Shown: positions 36,632-45,324 of the stretch, one piece after another | Numbering within the stretch: position 1 is the first letter of the stretch | Layout of the letters: every line of letters begins with the position of its first letter | Assembly: GCA_965223855.1 (NCBI GenBank) | Contig: CBDCXM010000009.1 | Coordinates: 2,193,054 to 2,257,053 of the forward strand | Reading direction: 5' to 3' | DNA from: Candidatus Multivoradales bacterium | GTDB taxonomy: Bacteria > Acidobacteriota > Thermoanaerobaculia > Multivoradales > JAHEKO01 | DNA: 64,000 nt | Notes under the pieces: model-generated | The model's input: the letters and a program-made list of their open reading frames with translations, nothing else | What the model was told of the DNA's origin: nothing | Database searches by the model: none | Made by a program: the position numbers and the translations under genes

Positions 36632-38167
36632 TCAGCCCGGCTCGCGGTCGAGAGAGTAGGGCACGTGCCGCGCGACCTCGGCGAGCGAGGTCACTCCGCG
36701 CTCGACCTTGACCAGCGCGTCGTCGAGCAGGGTCCGCATGCCGCCGCTCTGGGCCTCGCGCCGCAGGACGTGGGGCGGTCGGCCGCGCGCCATCCGGTGC
36801 GCGGCGGCTCCGTCGATGGTGAAGAGCTCGAAAACGCCGACCCGCCCCCGGTAGCCGTCGAGGCAGGCGTCGCAGCCGACCGGCTCGAACGCTTCGAGCT
36901 CACGTCCCTCGAGTCCCAGGCGGCGCAGCAGCGCCGCATCGGCAGGAGCCGGCCGCCGGCACTCGACGCACAGTCGGCGCAGGAGGCGCTGCGCGAGCAC
37001 CGCCAGCAGGGCGTCGGCCATCATCGCCCGCTCGACGGCGAGCGTTTCGAGCCTCGGTACCGCACCGACCGCGTCACGGGTGTGCAGGGTGCTCAAGACG
37101 AGATGCCCGGTCTGTGCCGCGCGCACCGCCAGCGCTGCGGTCTCCTCGTCGCGGATCTCGCCGATCATGAGGATGTCGGGATCCTGCCGCAGGAACGCGC
37201 GAGCGTAGTCGGAGAAGCCCATGGTCGGGCCGACCTGCTTCTGGTTGGCCTTGGGGAGTTCGTACTCGATCGGGTTCTCGACCGTCAGCAGCTTGTTGCC
37301 GTCGTGGTTGACGGTGCGGATCGCTGCGTAGAGGGTGGTCGTTTTGCCGCTGCCGGTCGGTCCTGTGATCAGGACCATCCCCTCCGGTGAGGCGACCGCG
37401 TCGCCGAACGCCCGAGCGGTGTCGGCCTCCATGCCGAGGGCGTCGAAGCCGAGGTCGGGCGCACCTGAGTCGAGCACCCGCACGACCGCGTCCTCGCCGT
37501 GGGGGCCAGGGAGGACCGATAGGCGCAGGTCGATTTCCCGGGGGTCCCGATCCGGCTCTTCGAAGATCGCCAGCACCCGTCCGTCCTGCGCCCGGCGGCG
37601 CTCGGCGATGTCGAGCCCGGCGAGCACCTTGAGGTACGAGATCGCAGCCGGCACGTGTTCGGACGAGATCGGGGTCGAGACCTGCCGCAGCACGCCGTCG
37701 ACCCGGAGCCGCACATCGACGTCACCGCGATAGCTCTCGAAGTGGACGTCGCTCGCACCGAGAGTGATCGCCTGAGCGATCGCCTCGTGCACGAGGCGTC
37801 GCACGGCACGATCCGGCTGGTAGGAGATCCGGTGCACCGGCTGGAGGCGCAGCGGCTCGTCTCCGGTCCCGCGGTGCCGCCCGGTGGGGTAGCCGACAGC
37901 GACCGCCGTTTCGACCTCGTGCTGGTGGAGGCGGACCACTTCGATCGGCCGCCTCAGCGCGTCTTCGACCGCCTCGACGGTCGCGGCGTCTCCGGGTCGG
38001 ACCAGGCCGACAGTCACCGCGTCGCTGTCCTCGGCAGGCACCGACCCGAGCACGACGACCCCACGACGAAGACAGAACTCGCGGCCCAGCAGGCGCACCG
38101 CTTCGGCATCGATCTCGAAGTGCGACAGCTCGGTGAACTGGTGAGGGTCGGGCTCGTTCCGGCTCAT
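36632..38167 (-). CDS. GspE/PilB-family secretion ATPase (T2SS/T4P assembly ATPase-like), orphan
   Basis: N1-like domain, Walker A 'GPTGSGKTTTLYAAI', 'IGEIRDEETAALAVRAAQTGHLVLSTLHT', and a C-terminal tetracysteine 'CVECRR...GCDACLDG'. No GspF/PilC platform gene is adjacent. Confidence 0.85.
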   Translation of the reverse strand: MSRNEPDPHQFTELSHFEIDAEAVRLLGREFCLRRGVVVLGSVPAEDSDAVTVGLVRPGDAATVEAVEDALRRPIEVVRLHQHEVETAVAVGYPTGRHRGTGDEPLRLQPVHRISYQPDRAVRRLVHEAIAQAITLGASDVHFESYRGDVDVRLRVDGVLRQVSTPISSEHVPAAISYLKVLAGLDIAERRRAQDGRVLAIFEEPDRDPREIDLRLSVLPGPHGEDAVVRVLDSGAPDLGFDALGMEADTARAFGDAVASPEGMVLITGPTGSGKTTTLYAAIRTVNHDGNKLLTVENPIEYELPKANQKQVGPTMGFSDYARAFLRQDPDILMIGEIRDEETAALAVRAAQTGHLVLSTLHTRDAVGAVPRLETLAVERAMMADALLAVLAQRLLRRLCVECRRPAPADAALLRRLGLEGRELEAFEPVGCDACLDGYRGRVGVFELFTIDGAAAHRMARGRPPHVLRREAQSGGMRTLLDDALVKVERGVTSLAEVARHVPYSLDREPG

Positions 38168-38202
38168 CCGGGAAGTCTCTCATCCGGCGCACTCCGAAGA
38201 CC

Positions 38203-38244
38203 TACGAACATCTTCGTTGACAACTACGAAGACTTTCGTGTAAT
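38203..38244 (+). promoter_or_regulatory. Tandem dyad operators overlapping a consensus -35/-10 promoter upstream of blaI (candidate BlaI autoregulatory site)
   Basis: Two inverted repeats 'TACGAA-N4-TTCGT' (38203-38218 and 38225-38239), centre-to-centre about 22 bp. They overlap 'TTGACA' (38217-38222), a 16-nt spacer and 'TGTAAT' (38239-38244). The -10 element ends only about 8 nt before the blaI ATG (38253), which implies a leaderless or near-leaderless transcript. Confidence 0.6.
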
Positions 38245-38252
38245 CTGCCCGC

Positions 38253-38642
38253 ATGAACGAGATCCGCCGCAAACCGACCGAGTCCGAGCTGCGCATCCTG
38301 CGAGTGCTGTGGAGGCAGGGACCTTCCTCGGTGCGCGACGTCCACGAGGCCCTGCGCGCCGAGCACGAGGTCGGCTATACGACCGTCCTCAAGCTGCTCC
38401 AGATCATGGCGGAGAAGGGGTCGGTGACCCGCGACGACAGCCGGCGGGCCCACATCTACGCGGCCGCCGAGCCTGCCGATGCCACCAAGCGGCGGTTGGC
38501 GGGCGACCTCGTCGAGCGGGTGTTCGAGGGATCGGCGCGCGATCTGCTCCTGCACGCCCTCGGCTCGAGCGAGCCGTCGGCCGAGGAGCTCGAGGCGATG
38601 CGCGATCTGATCGACCGCTTCGAGAAGGGGGAGACGTCATGA
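38253..38642 (+). CDS. blaI: BlaI/MecI/CopY-family transcriptional repressor
   Basis: 'MNEIRRKPTESELRILRVLWRQGPSSVRDVHEALRAEHEVGYTTVLKLLQIMAEKGSVTRDDSRRAHIYAA' shows the Penicillinase_R winged helix. The stop overlaps the next start (ATGA). Confidence 0.85.
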   Translation: MNEIRRKPTESELRILRVLWRQGPSSVRDVHEALRAEHEVGYTTVLKLLQIMAEKGSVTRDDSRRAHIYAAAEPADATKRRLAGDLVERVFEGSARDLLLHALGSSEPSAEELEAMRDLIDRFEKGETS

Positions 38643-40492
38643 TGCCCACGGACGGCACGATCGAGGCGCTCGGTTGGGCGCTTCTGCACTCCGTGTGGCA
38701 GATCGCCGCACTCGCCCTCGTGGCGGCCGTCTCGCTCTCGTTCCTGCGTCGACCTGCGACGCGGTATCTCTTCGGCGTCGGAATCCTGGTGCTGATGCTC
38801 GCGGTCCCGATGGCGACCTTCGTCGCCGGTCTCGACGGCGCCTCCGCACCTGCCGTTGGGATGGTGGCAGACGCCGGGTCGGCATCCGAGGCTACGGCGT
38901 CGACGCCGCTCTCCCGAAGAGTCGAGCCGCCCAGCCCCGGCCTGGTACGGGGCCTGATGCCCGGCCTGATGTCGGCGCGAGTGCTCACCACGGCAGTGCT
39001 CGTCTGGTGCTGTGGAGTCGCGCTCCTCGGCCTGCGCGCGCTCGGAGCGCTGTGGTGGGTTCGCAGGCTCGAGCGGGCCTCGGCCGAGCTGCCGAGGCGC
39101 GCTCTCGAGCTGTGTCGTGACGTCGAGCACCGGCTCGGTCTGCGGCGTGCGGTGCACTACGCCGCGAGCAGGGAGGGAGAGGGGCCGGCGGTGATCGGAG
39201 TGCTGCGCCCGATGGTCCTGCTGCCGATGGCGGCGCTGGCGGGCCTGCCCCCAGAGCAGTTGCGGCTCATCGTCGCTCACGAGCTGGCTCATATCCGACG
39301 CTGGGACTCGCTCGTCAACCTCGGTCAGGTGGTCGTCGAAACGCTCCTCTTCTACCATCCGGGCGTCTGGTGGCTGAGTCGGAGGGTTCGCGGCGAGCGG
39401 GAGCTCGCCTGCGACGACCTGGTGCTCCACGGCGGCGGGCGGGAGCGTGCCGTGGACTACGCTCGGGCGCTCAGCTCGCTGGCCGCCCTGCCCCGCACTC
39501 CCGTCCTCGCGCCCGGGGCCCGAGGCGGCTCGCTGACGAGCCGCGTCGAGCGCATTCTCGGCGTCGATCGGGGCGGTTCCGGTGCGCGTGGGCTGAGGCT
39601 GGTCGCGGCCGCTGCCGGGCTGGTGGTGGCGCTCTTCGCCACGTCCGGCCTCGCGACGCCCCAGAACCCTCTGCCTGCGGACCGGCACCCCGCCGTCTCG
39701 CTGACGCCCTCGGGTGGAGAAGAGGTGCGCTTCGAGGCCGCGACGGCCTCGTCGGCCAGGAGCGACGAGGAGCCGGGCGCAGAGGCTACGCGCGAGGAGC
39801 CTCGTGAGCGACCGGCAGACGGCGAGCGGAGGGATCGCGACGCGGCGCGCCGCGCCTCCGCGGAGTCCCGCCCCGACGGCGCCACGAGCTACATCGACGA
39901 GCTCCGCGCCGCCGGACTCGATCCCGACGTCGATCAACTCATCGCCCTCAAGGTGAACGGCGTCACCGGCCGGTACGTGAGGGCGCTCGCGGCGGCCGGA
40001 TTCCGGCCGGGCCCGGACGACCTGATCGCCATGCGGGTACATGGTGTCGATCCCGAGTTCGTCGCGGCCGTGCGGGACGCCGGCTACCAGCCGTCGAAGG
40101 ACGATCTGGTGGCGCTGCGGGTCCACGGCGTCGATCCGGCTACCGCCACGACGCTGCGGGCCGCAGGATTCGAACCGACTCTCGACGATCTGGTCGCGCT
40201 GAGGGTCCACGGTGTGGATCCGGCGACCGCGACGGCCCTTCGAGCCGCCGGATTCGAACCGACCCTCGACGACCTCGTCGCGCTCCGCGTCCATGGCATC
40301 TCACCGTCTCTCGCCGCGGCGCTCGCGACCGCCGGTCTGGCAGAGGACCTCGATGACGTAGTCGCCGCCGGCATTCACGGCGTGACCCCTGAGTTCGTCG
40401 ACCTCGCCCGCAGTCACGGCTTCGACGACCTCGATCTCGATCAACTGATCCAACTCCGCCGCCTCGGTGTCCTCGACACCGGCGACCGGTGA
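38639..40492 (+). CDS. BlaR1/MecR1-like signal-transducing peptidase (M56) whose extracytoplasmic sensor is replaced by a novel 28-aa tandem repeat domain
   Basis: N-terminal TMs, HEXXH 'IVAHELAHIRRWD' and 'ETLLFYHPGVWW' typical of Peptidase_M56. A further TM 'LRLVAAAAGLVVALFATSGL' follows. The extracytoplasmic region then carries about 7 repeats such as 'DDLVALRVHGVDPATATTLRAAGFEPTL'. There is no penicillin-binding (SxxK) sensor domain. Confidence 0.8.
   Translation: MMPTDGTIEALGWALLHSVWQIAALALVAAVSLSFLRRPATRYLFGVGILVLMLAVPMATFVAGLDGASAPAVGMVADAGSASEATASTPLSRRVEPPSPGLVRGLMPGLMSARVLTTAVLVWCCGVALLGLRALGALWWVRRLERASAELPRRALELCRDVEHRLGLRRAVHYAASREGEGPAVIGVLRPMVLLPMAALAGLPPEQLRLIVAHELAHIRRWDSLVNLGQVVVETLLFYHPGVWWLSRRVRGERELACDDLVLHGGGRERAVDYARALSSLAALPRTPVLAPGARGGSLTSRVERILGVDRGGSGARGLRLVAAAAGLVVALFATSGLATPQNPLPADRHPAVSLTPSGGEEVRFEAATASSARSDEEPGAEATREEPRERPADGERRDRDAARRASAESRPDGATSYIDELRAAGLDPDVDQLIALKVNGVTGRYVRALAAAGFRPGPDDLIAMRVHGVDPEFVAAVRDAGYQPSKDDLVALRVHGVDPATATTLRAAGFEPTLDDLVALRVHGVDPATATALRAAGFEPTLDDLVALRVHGISPSLAAALATAGLAEDLDDVVAAGIHGVTPEFVDLARSHGFDDLDLDQLIQLRRLGVLDTGDR
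39932..40460 (+). repeat. In-frame 84-nt tandem coding repeats (28-aa units) within the BlaR1-like gene
   Basis: Units start at 39932, 40016, 40100, 40184, 40268... Units 3 and 4 encode identical peptides but differ at many synonymous positions. Confidence 0.8.
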
Positions 40493-40503
40493 AAGGAACC
40501 CCG

Positions 40504-41523
40504 ATGACCCGCCTCTCCGCCTCGCTCGCCGCTGCCCTTCTGATTCTCGCTACCCTCCCGCTCGCCGCAGACCACGACTGGTCGAGCGGCTCCTGGGAGC
40601 TCGAGCCCGACGAGCCGGGCGAGGTGCGGCTCGAGCTGACCTCCGGTCGGGCCGGCCACCGTTCGCACTGGAACTCCGACATCGAGGTCGCTGCGTTCAC
40701 CGGCCTCGACCTCTCGGTCTCAGGCCGCCGCGACGTCGTTTTCACCCTCGCGCGCGACGCCGGCACGGTCGAGTTCCGCGGTGAGATGCGGGGCGAGCGT
40801 GGGGAGGGGAGCTACAGCTTCTCGCCCGACGAGGGCTACGAAGAGAGGATGGCGAGCCTCGGTTTCCGCATCGACGACGACGACCTCTTCGCCTACGCGC
40901 TGCACGACGTCTCGCTCGACTTCGCCCGCCGGATGCAGGAGGCGGACATTCGCGGTCTCGACGGCGACGCGCTGCTGGCGTTCCGCATCCACGGCGTGGA
41001 CGGGGCCTATGTCGACGGCATCCGCTCCGCCGGGCAGGCGGTCGACGACAGCGACTCCTGGATCGCCTTCCGGATTCACGGCGTCTCCGCCGAGATGATC
41101 CGCCGGCTGAGAGCCTCGGGCTACGATCCCGACGACGACGACCTCATCGCGCTGCGGATTCACGGCGCGAGCCCGGAGTGGGTGAGCGAGCTCGCCGCGC
41201 ACGGCTACGATCATCTCGATCTCGACGACATGGTCGCGTTCCGCATCCACGGCGTGACGCCGGAGTTCATCGGCCGGATCCGCCAACTCGGCTATGAAGG
41301 GCCTGCGGCCGACCAGCTCGTCGCGATGCGGATCCACGGCGTTACCGCCGACTTCATCGATCAGATCCAGAAACTCGGCTTCGACCGTCCCGGCACCGAC
41401 CAACTCGTCGCCATGCGGATTCACGGCGTGACTCCCGACTACATCAGCGACCTGCGCGGTCGTGGGCTCGAGAATCTGTCGATCGAGAAGCTGATCGAGC
41501 TGAGGATTCACGGGATCGACTGA
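40504..41523 (+). CDS. Secreted protein carrying the same 'RIHGV' 28-30-aa tandem repeats as the BlaR1-like sensor
   Basis: Signal peptide 'MTRLSASLAAALLILATLPLAADHD' (ATG 40504 with the SD 'AAGGAA'; the tool ORF starts at GTG 40489, overlapping the blaR stop). About 7 repeats: 'DDDLIALRIHGASPEWVSELAAHGYDHL', 'DLDDMVAFRIHGVTPEFIGRIRQLGYEGP', 'ADQLVAMRIHGVTADFIDQIQKLGFDRPG', 'TDQLVAMRIHGVTPDYISDLRGRGLENL'... Confidence 0.7.
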   Translation: MTRLSASLAAALLILATLPLAADHDWSSGSWELEPDEPGEVRLELTSGRAGHRSHWNSDIEVAAFTGLDLSVSGRRDVVFTLARDAGTVEFRGEMRGERGEGSYSFSPDEGYEERMASLGFRIDDDDLFAYALHDVSLDFARRMQEADIRGLDGDALLAFRIHGVDGAYVDGIRSAGQAVDDSDSWIAFRIHGVSAEMIRRLRASGYDPDDDDLIALRIHGASPEWVSELAAHGYDHLDLDDMVAFRIHGVTPEFIGRIRQLGYEGPAADQLVAMRIHGVTADFIDQIQKLGFDRPGTDQLVAMRIHGVTPDYISDLRGRGLENLSIEKLIELRIHGID

Positions 41524-41844
41524 GGGTCTCTACACCCGAAGCTGTCGACACCCCCGAACCTTCCCGGCGCCGCGCCGTAGTCAGTAGCAGAGTCGTTGCC
41601 TGCGGTCTGCGGGTGCGAAGGGCTCCAGGTCCCCCGGCGGCAGTGGGGCTGAAGCGCGAGGCGAGCGGCGATCCCGGCAGATGCGGAACAAGAGAGGGCG
41701 CAACACTACGGCTCCCGGTAAGGCTATGGCTCCCGGCGGGGAGGCTCGTCGCCGGGGAGACGGCTTCCTGCTCGAAGCGTTCTTCGGCCTCGGCGCACTC
41801 GCCCTGATCGCCGTCCTCGCGCGCCGGGAGGCCGGCCGCGTTGC

Positions 41845-44373
41845 CTACCCCTCTGTGCCGCCGCCTCCGCCCTCGTCCGGTGCCGGGCGCACGAAGCGCT
41901 CGAACAGCTCGTAGATCCGCCGGTACTCGTTGAGCCAGCTGCTCGGCTCGCGAAAGCCGTGCGGCTCGACCGGGAAGAGCGCCGTCTCGAAGCCGGTCTT
42001 CTCGAGCTCGATCAGCCGCTGCACCAGGCGCACGGTGTCCTGGAAGAAGACGTTGTCGTCGAGCATCGGGGCGCAGATCAGCAACGGCCTCTCGAGCCCG
42101 TCGGCGAACTCGATCGGCGACGAGCGCTCGTAGGCCTCCGGATCGACTTCCGGCGTGTTGAGGATGTTCGAGGTGTAGGGGTGGTTGTAGTGCGCCCAGT
42201 CGGTAACCGGTCGCAGCGCCGCACCGGCGGCGAAGAGATCAGGGTCCTTGAAGAGCGCCATCATGGTCATGAAGCCGCCGTAGGAGCCGCCGTAGACGCC
42301 GACACGCGCCGGGTCGACCCCCTCGTTCTCCACCAGCCAGGCGACGCCGTCCTGCAGATCCTCGAGCTCCGGCGTGCCCATGCGGCGGTAGATGGCGGTC
42401 CGCCAGTCGCGCCCGTAGCCGGCCGAGGCGCGGTAGTCCATGTCGAGCACGACGTAGCCCCGCCGGGTGAGCAGGGTGTGGAACATGAACTCGCGGAAAT
42501 AGCCCGACCACCCCTTGTGGGCGTTCTGCAGATACCCGGCGCCGTGGACGAAGACGACCGCTGGGCGCTTCCCGCCGGGCGCGTCGCCGGTGGGCCGGTA
42601 GAGGCGCGAGTAGATCGGCCGGTCGACGTAGGACGACGGCACTTCGACGATCTCGGGTTCGTTCCAGTTCACCTCGAGGAAGGCGTCGCTGATCGTCCGG
42701 GTCACCCGGCCGGCCGGCGCGCCGGGGGCGGCGTCCTGCACGTAGAGTTCGGGCGGCCGCGTGAGGCTCGAGTGCTCGATCAGCAGCCGCTCACCGGTCG
42801 GTGACAGCCGCGCCGAGTTGAGCCCGCCGAGCCGGGTGAGCTGCTCGGTCGCTCCACCCTCGACGGCCACCCGGTAGATCTCGTAGTCGCCCGGGTGATC
42901 GACGTTGGCGCGGAAGTAGATCTGCGAACCGTCGGGCGAGACCGCCGGCTCCGAGACCGCGAACTCGCCGGCGGCGAGGGTGCGGCGATCGCTGCCGTCG
43001 GCGCGGACCGTGTAGAGGCCCGACCATCCGTCCTCCTCGGAGAGGTAGTAAAGCGTCTCGTCGTCGGGCAGCCAGCCGAGCTCGTTGTAGCGCCAGTTGA
43101 TCCAGCCGGGGTCGGTCAGCCGGTGGAGCAGCCGGAGCGTCGGCTCGCCCTCCCCGTCTCCCTCGGCCGGGGGATCGACCGTGACGATCCAGCGGTCCTT
43201 GTTGTCGTAGGCGCGCAGCGCGATCGCGACATGCTCGCCGTCGTCGCTCCAGGCGAGTGTCCAGACGTAGTTGGCGCGCGGCTCCGGCTGCTTCGGCTCA
43301 TCGTCGTCGGAGGCCTTGCCCCCGTCGTCGCCGTCTCCCTTGTCGCTGCCGTCCTCGCCGTCCTCCGCGGCGTCCTTGCGCGCCTCGGCCGCCGCCTTGA
43401 GGTCGGCGAGCGGATCGTCGCGCATGCCGTCGAGGTCGCCGCGATCCAGCTCCCAGTGGCGATTCTGCTCGAGGTCGACCAGCAGCAGCCGCTCGTCGAA
43501 CGGTTCGGCGCTGCCGACCTTGGGGCGTACGTCGCGCGTCTCGATGTGCCCGGAGTCGGTGACCCACACCGGCATCGGCGTCCGTTCACCACGATCGAGC
43601 GTGTCGGACACCACGCCGACGATCAGCCAACGGCCGTTGGGAGAGAGCAGGCTGGTCTCGATCTCGAGCCCCTTGCCGAGATAGGTCGGCAGCGGCGCGC
43701 GGGTCGGGTCGTCGCGTTGCTCGGTCTCGGCGCGCTCCTCGGCGTCTTCACGCTTCTGCTTCTGCTCGCTCAGGTAGGTGAAGAGTCGCTGCTGCTGCGC
43801 CTCGAGGTAGGAGGGATCCTCCTCTTCGACGTTCGGGTCGTCCTCCAGCCGCAGATCGGTCAGCTGGATCTCGAGACCGTCGGCGAGGCGGCGCAGGAAG
43901 TAGTTGTCCCCTTTGCGGTAGATCACGCCGTTGCCGTCGGCGTGAAAGCAGGGGTGCGTCTCGGCCTCCGCGGTGCGGGTGAGCTGGCGGATCGTGCCGG
44001 CGGCGAGATCCCGGACGTAAAGATCGCCGTGCCGCGCGTAGACCTTGAGATTCCGGTCGGGAGAGAGCCGGTCACCGTCGACATCCACGGCGCCCCGCTC
44101 GGCGTCCTCGATCCTGCGCACCTCGCTGCCGTCGAGACTCGAGTGGAAGAGGTCGATCGCCTCGGAGCCCTCGCGCTTGCGGTGGTAGTAGAACGACTCA
44201 CCGTCGTCCGCCCAGTAGGCGTTCTCGGGGGCGCGGCCCAGCCAGTCCGGATGGGCCATGATCTTCTCGAGGCTGACGACGTCCTCGGCGCCCGCCGGCG
44301 CGGCGAGGAAGCCGGTCGAGCCCAGGGCGAGAGGGACGGCGAGAAGGAGGGCGGTGGTGAGAGTGCGCTTCAT
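41845..44373 (-). CDS. Secreted S9-family serine peptidase (prolyl oligopeptidase/dipeptidyl peptidase-like) with an N-terminal beta-propeller
   Basis: Signal peptide 'MKRTLTTALLLAVPLALGSTGFLAAPAGA'. Propeller repeats. C-terminal alpha/beta hydrolase with nucleophile elbow 'GGSYGGFMT', 'VVFVHGAGY', 'PMLDDNVFFQD'. Internal acidic insert 'DGEDGSDKGDGDDGGKASDDDEPKQPEP'. Confidence 0.85.
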   Translation of the reverse strand: MKRTLTTALLLAVPLALGSTGFLAAPAGAEDVVSLEKIMAHPDWLGRAPENAYWADDGESFYYHRKREGSEAIDLFHSSLDGSEVRRIEDAERGAVDVDGDRLSPDRNLKVYARHGDLYVRDLAAGTIRQLTRTAEAETHPCFHADGNGVIYRKGDNYFLRRLADGLEIQLTDLRLEDDPNVEEEDPSYLEAQQQRLFTYLSEQKQKREDAEERAETEQRDDPTRAPLPTYLGKGLEIETSLLSPNGRWLIVGVVSDTLDRGERTPMPVWVTDSGHIETRDVRPKVGSAEPFDERLLLVDLEQNRHWELDRGDLDGMRDDPLADLKAAAEARKDAAEDGEDGSDKGDGDDGGKASDDDEPKQPEPRANYVWTLAWSDDGEHVAIALRAYDNKDRWIVTVDPPAEGDGEGEPTLRLLHRLTDPGWINWRYNELGWLPDDETLYYLSEEDGWSGLYTVRADGSDRRTLAAGEFAVSEPAVSPDGSQIYFRANVDHPGDYEIYRVAVEGGATEQLTRLGGLNSARLSPTGERLLIEHSSLTRPPELYVQDAAPGAPAGRVTRTISDAFLEVNWNEPEIVEVPSSYVDRPIYSRLYRPTGDAPGGKRPAVVFVHGAGYLQNAHKGWSGYFREFMFHTLLTRRGYVVLDMDYRASAGYGRDWRTAIYRRMGTPELEDLQDGVAWLVENEGVDPARVGVYGGSYGGFMTMMALFKDPDLFAAGAALRPVTDWAHYNHPYTSNILNTPEVDPEAYERSSPIEFADGLERPLLICAPMLDDNVFFQDTVRLVQRLIELEKTGFETALFPVEPHGFREPSSWLNEYRRIYELFERFVRPAPDEGGGGGTEG

Positions 44374-44535
44374 GGTCGAACTCCTGTCGCGAACCTGGAG
44401 CGGCTCGCCGGGGAGGCCGAGCCCGTGGGTTGGTGTCGTCGGTGGAGGGGTGCGGTCGAGATCGCTACGATGCCACAGGACGGGGATCGCGGGTTTCAGT
44501 CCCGAGCGATTCGTTCCCGGAATCTACGCCACGCC

Positions 44536-45324
44536 ATGACCGACAGCCTCGACTTCAGCGATCACTTCTCCGGCCACGCCGAGCGCTACGCGCGCCACCG
44601 GCCGACCTATCCCGAGCCACTCTTCCGCTGGCTCGCCTCCCTCGCTCCGGCGTGCGGCCTCGCCTGGGACTGCGCGACCGGCAACGGTCAATGTGCCGTG
44701 GCACTCGTCGGGCACTTCGCCCGTGTCGTGGCGACCGATGCCAGCGAGAAGCAGCTCGCCGAGGCGACTCCCGTCGAAGGCGTCGAGTACAGGGTCGAAG
44801 CCGCCGAGCGGACCTCGCTCGACGACGGCAGCGTCGACCTGGTCACCGTCGCCCAGGCGCTCCACTGGTTCGACGTCGAGGCGTTCGGCAGGGAATTCCT
44901 CCGGGTCGCCCGCCCGGGGGCCGTCCTCGCCACCTGGAGCTACGGCCGCATGCGGGTCACGCCCGAGGTCGATCGAATCGTCGGCCGGCTCATGTACGAG
45001 CGCCTGGCCGGCGACTGGCCTCCCGAGCGTTCCCACGTCGAGAACGGCTACCGCGACCTCGCCCTGCCGATCGAGCCGATCGCCGCGCCGAACTTCGAGA
45101 TGACCGCCGAATGGAGCTCCCGCCAGGCGCTCGACTACATCGGCACCTGGTCGGCGGCGCGCCGGTTCGCGACTCGCGAGGGCTTCGATGCGGTGGAGGA
45201 GGTGGAAAGCGAGTTGCGGAGAGCCTGGGGAGACGGCCTCAGGACGGTGCGCTGGCCGTTGGCGTTCCGGGTGGGAGCCGCAGCGCGGCCCGGCGCTACG
45301 GCGTCGCCGGCTCGATCGGGATGA
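44536..45324 (+). CDS. Class I SAM-dependent methyltransferase (Methyltransf_11-like)
   Basis: 'LAWDCATGNGQCAVALVGHFARVVATDASEKQL', 'VDLVTVAQALHWFD', 'PGAVLATWSY'. This is the C-terminal part of tool ORF 42895..45324; the real ATG is at 44536. Confidence 0.75.
   Translation: MTDSLDFSDHFSGHAERYARHRPTYPEPLFRWLASLAPACGLAWDCATGNGQCAVALVGHFARVVATDASEKQLAEATPVEGVEYRVEAAERTSLDDGSVDLVTVAQALHWFDVEAFGREFLRVARPGAVLATWSYGRMRVTPEVDRIVGRLMYERLAGDWPPERSHVENGYRDLALPIEPIAAPNFEMTAEWSSRQALDYIGTWSAARRFATREGFDAVEEVESELRRAWGDGLRTVRWPLAFRVGAAARPGATASPARSG

Noticed and set aside
38456-40294. 612-aa ORF antisense to the BlaR1-like gene
   Set aside because: The plus-strand translation has HEXXH/M56 motifs and coherent repeats. 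The antisense translation is low-complexity R/G/A-rich.
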